Below are positions 60,256 through 64,000 of a DNA stretch of 64,000 bases, piece by piece. Numbering within the stretch: position 1 is the first letter of the stretch; every line of letters begins with the position of its first letter. The notes beneath the pieces are model-generated. The model was not told where the DNA came from and ran no database searches. It saw only the letters and a list, made by a program, of their open reading frames with translations. The translations under genes were made by a program, and so were the position numbers. The DNA comes from Eledone cirrhosa (lineage: Eukaryota): positions 5,952,001 to 6,016,000 of the forward strand of contig OZ024754.1 of the NCBI GenBank assembly GCA_964016885.1. Direction: 5' to 3'.

Positions 60256-60293
<38 letters not shown>

Positions 60294-60349
60294 GCTCTCT
60301 CCCTCTTTCTTTCTCTCTCTCTCTCTCTCTCTCTCTGTATGAATGTGTG

Positions 60350-60385
<36 letters not shown>

Positions 60386-60687
60386 AATGTGTTTGTCTGT
60401 GTGTGTCTATGAATGTGTTTGTCTGTGTGTGTCTATGAATGTGTTTGTCTGTGTGTATGAATGTGTTTGTCTGTGTGTATGAATGTGTGTTTCTGTGTGT
60501 ATATGTGTGTATTTCTTTGTGTGTTTGAGTGTGTGTTTCTGTGTGTCTGTGTGTATGGATGTGTGTTTTAGTGTGTGTTTCTGTGTGTGTTTTGGTATGT
60601 GTGTTTTTTGTCTGCGTGTGTATGTGTTTGTCTGTAAGTGTGTGTGTGGATGTTATGTTAGTATGAGTATGAGTATATGTGTGTGGT

Positions 60688-60725
<38 letters not shown>

Positions 60726-61073
60726 TGTGTCTGTGTGTGTGTGTGTAGTTCTGCGATTATGTCACACAGATCAGTGCCATTGTACAATATCTGGAGGTGT
60801 GAAATCTTAACAAAGTTATATTGTAGATAGATCGTTATAAGCTAGAACAGAGATCTCCAAACATTATAAACCAACGACCTCCTCATAAAATCCTTGACCC
60901 TTTCTTCGATCTCAAATAAATAAATAAATAAATGAGATCAGCAAAAATAAAATAAAATAAAATAAAATAAAATAAATAAAGGATAAAGACGGACGATTCT
61001 TTCTAATATTGGCACAAGGCCAGCATTTTTTTTTTTTGGGGGGGGGGGTCGATTATATCGATCTCAATACTTT

Positions 61074-61682
61074 GTACCTGTAACACGAAGGACCGATCCT
61101 GTCACAACACTTAGTACCTGTAATTCGAAGGACCGATCCTGTCACAACACTTAGTACCTGTAATTCGAAGGACCGATCCTGTCACAACACTTAGTACCTG
61201 TAATTCGAAGTTCCAATCCTGTCACAACACTTAGTACCTGTAATTCGAAGTTCCAATCCTGTCACAACACTTAGTACCTGTAATTCGAAGAACCGATCCT
61301 GTCACAACACTTAGTACCTGTAATTCGAAGGTCCAATCCTGTCACAACACTTAGTACCTGTAATTCGAAGTTCCAATCCTGTCACAACACTTAGTACCTG
61401 TAATTCGAAGGACCGATCCTGTCACAACACTTAGTACCTGTAATTCGAAGTTCCAATCCTGTCACAACACTTAGTACCTGTAATTCGAAGGACCGATCCT
61501 GTCACAACACTTAGTACCTGTAATTCGAAGGTCCAATCCTGTCACAACACTTAGTACCTGTAATTCGAAGGTCCAATCCTGTCACAACACTTAGTACCTG
61601 TAATTCGAAGGTCCAATCCTGTCACAACACTTAGTACCTGTAATTAGAAGGGTCAGTCCTGTCACAATACTTACTACCTGTA
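61074..61682 (+). repeat. 40-bp minisatellite (~15 units) derived from a SINE body
   Basis: Unit GTACCTGTAATTCGAAGGACCGATCCTGTCACAACACTTA. Confidence 0.97.
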
Positions 61683-61694
61683 TTTAGTACCTGT

Positions 61695-61977
61695 GTTTCA
61701 GTTGGAATCAATGGCACAGCCTGCTCGTGGACTTATCGTACAAGTGGCTGAGCATTCCACAGACATGCGTACCCTTAATGTAGTTCTCGGGGAGATTCAG
61801 CGTAACACAGAATGTGAAAAGGCTGGCCGTTCGAATTACTGGTACAACTCATTCGTGTCAGCTGAGTGGAATGGAGCAACATGAAACAAAGTGTCTTGCT
61901 CAAGGACACGACGCACCACCGGAAATCGAACTCACGACCTTACGATTGTGAGCTGAATACCCTAACCACAAAGCCAT

Positions 61978-61980
<3 letters not shown>
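61695..61980 (-). mobile_element. CORE-like tRNA SINE
   Basis: AAGTGTCTTGCTCAAGGACAC, ATCGAACTC, and a body shared with 14650-15168 and 52570-52670. Confidence 0.85.
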
Positions 61981-62040
<60 letters not shown>

Positions 62041-62729
62041 TACACACACACTCAAATGTATATATGCTCCAGTTACGATCTCTTCAAGATAATTTCTCTG
62101 TATTTGAACTCAGACCATAAAGGGCCGTAACTCTTAATGAAAGCCGCTAACATCCCTGTACGATTAACAGTAACATCACCACCAACAACATCACCATCAC
62201 CACCATCATCATCGTTACGATTCCTATCACCACCACCACCACCACCATCATCATCCTTACCATTTCTACTACCACCACCACCACCACCATCATCCTTACC
62301 ATTCCTACCACCACCACCACCAACACCACCATCATCCTTACCATTCCTACCACCACCACCACCACCATCATCATCCTTAGCATTACTACCACCACCACCA
62401 TCATCCTTACCAGTCCTACCACCACCACCACCACCACCATCATATTGACCATCCCTACCAGCACCACTAACACCAACACCACCATCATCATCATCCTTAC
62501 CATTCCTACCAACACCACCAACACCACCGCCACCATCACCACCACCATCGCCACGACCACCACCACCACCACCACCGCCACCACCACCACCACCATCACC
62601 ACCACCACCACCACCACCGCCACCACCATCACCACCACCACCATCACCACCACCGCCACCATCACCACCACCATCATCACCACCACCGCCACCGCCACCA
62701 CCACCACCACCATCACGACCAACATCATC

Positions 62730-62769
<40 letters not shown>

Positions 62770-63126
62770 GCAGTGATAGCATTACAATGAATCTAATAGT
62801 GAATGTATCTACAGATTTCACCCTCTTCCACCTCCTCCACCTCCTGCCGCCGCCACTCCACCTCCTCCTCCTCCTCCTCTCTAACTGGTCTGTAGCAGTG
62901 GGAGTAGAGCAATAAGGTAAATTGGTTTTTGATGCCAGAGGGTGAATAATATGAGATTATATTAGAGGAACATCTGAATGTTGTTAACTGGTCTTTGCTG
63001 GCAGCGATAGAACTTTTGCCAAGAAATTGAAACACTTTCATTGGTGTACACCGAACAACGAGAAGCGAATACTAATATATATATATATATAGTGTATAAA
63101 TATATATATATATATATAGTGTATAA

Positions 63127-63211
<85 letters not shown>

Positions 63212-63272
63212 CACACTATATATATATATTTATACACTATATATATATTTATACACTATATATATATTCACA

Positions 63273-63326
<54 letters not shown>

Positions 63327-63410
63327 TATATATATATATTTATACACTATATGTATACACTATATATATATATATAGTGTATATATATATATTTATACAC
63401 TATATGTATA

Positions 63411-63444
<34 letters not shown>

Positions 63445-63460
63445 TATATATATATTTATA

Positions 63461-63527
<67 letters not shown>

Positions 63528-63696
63528 ATATATAGAATATATATATATATATATATAGTGTATATATATATATATCGTATATACATGCATATGTAGTGTA
63601 TACATGTATATGTAGTATATACATGTATATGTAGTTTATACATGTATATGAAGTATATGCATGTATATACTACTTATACATTTACTTATATATGTA

Positions 63697-63732
<36 letters not shown>

Positions 63733-63898
63733 ATACTTTGGGAGGGTCGTGTTGCCAATAAGAAACACACGCACCAGTTGCTTTCACTTCAATTTATTAT
63801 AATAAATTTATTGGCAACATGACCCTCCCAAAGTATAACAATATCGGTTTCAACACACGTTTTCAGATAAAGATTCTTGCTAAACAAATTCAGAAACG

Positions 63899-63980
<82 letters not shown>

Positions 63981-64000
63981 TACATATAGTGCATATATGT

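Noticed and set aside
61074-61682. CRISPR-like array
   Set aside because: There are no unique spacers (only a few recurring 6-nt variants) and no cas genes, the context is eukaryotic, and the unit derives from a SINE.

Overview
This is AT-rich eukaryotic non-coding DNA saturated with microsatellites ((TA)n, (CA)n, (GA)n, (TAG)n, (GGT)n). The repeat make-up suggests a coleoid cephalopod, probably an octopus (inference). I cannot support any host protein-coding exon, and almost all track ORFs are microsatellite artefacts. Recognisable content: many tRNA-derived SINEs of two types (Meta-domain-like and CORE-like), 3' fragments of R4/Dong and RTE LINEs, a bipartite non-autonomous RTE, an apparently complete non-autonomous Helitron, MITEs, a mariner end, several minisatellites (two derived from SINE sequence), and many short Penelope-like (PLE) terminal fragments sitting in (TA)n. 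The most notable signal is a set of type I hammerhead-ribozyme motifs (CTGANGA...GAAA-palindrome-TH, closed by stem I). Two families carry very large stem-II domains (about 60 and about 105-115 nt) whose pairing is kept between divergent copies. There are also recurrent fold-back palindromes centred on the hammerhead core. All structures were paired by eye; none was folded computationally or tested.
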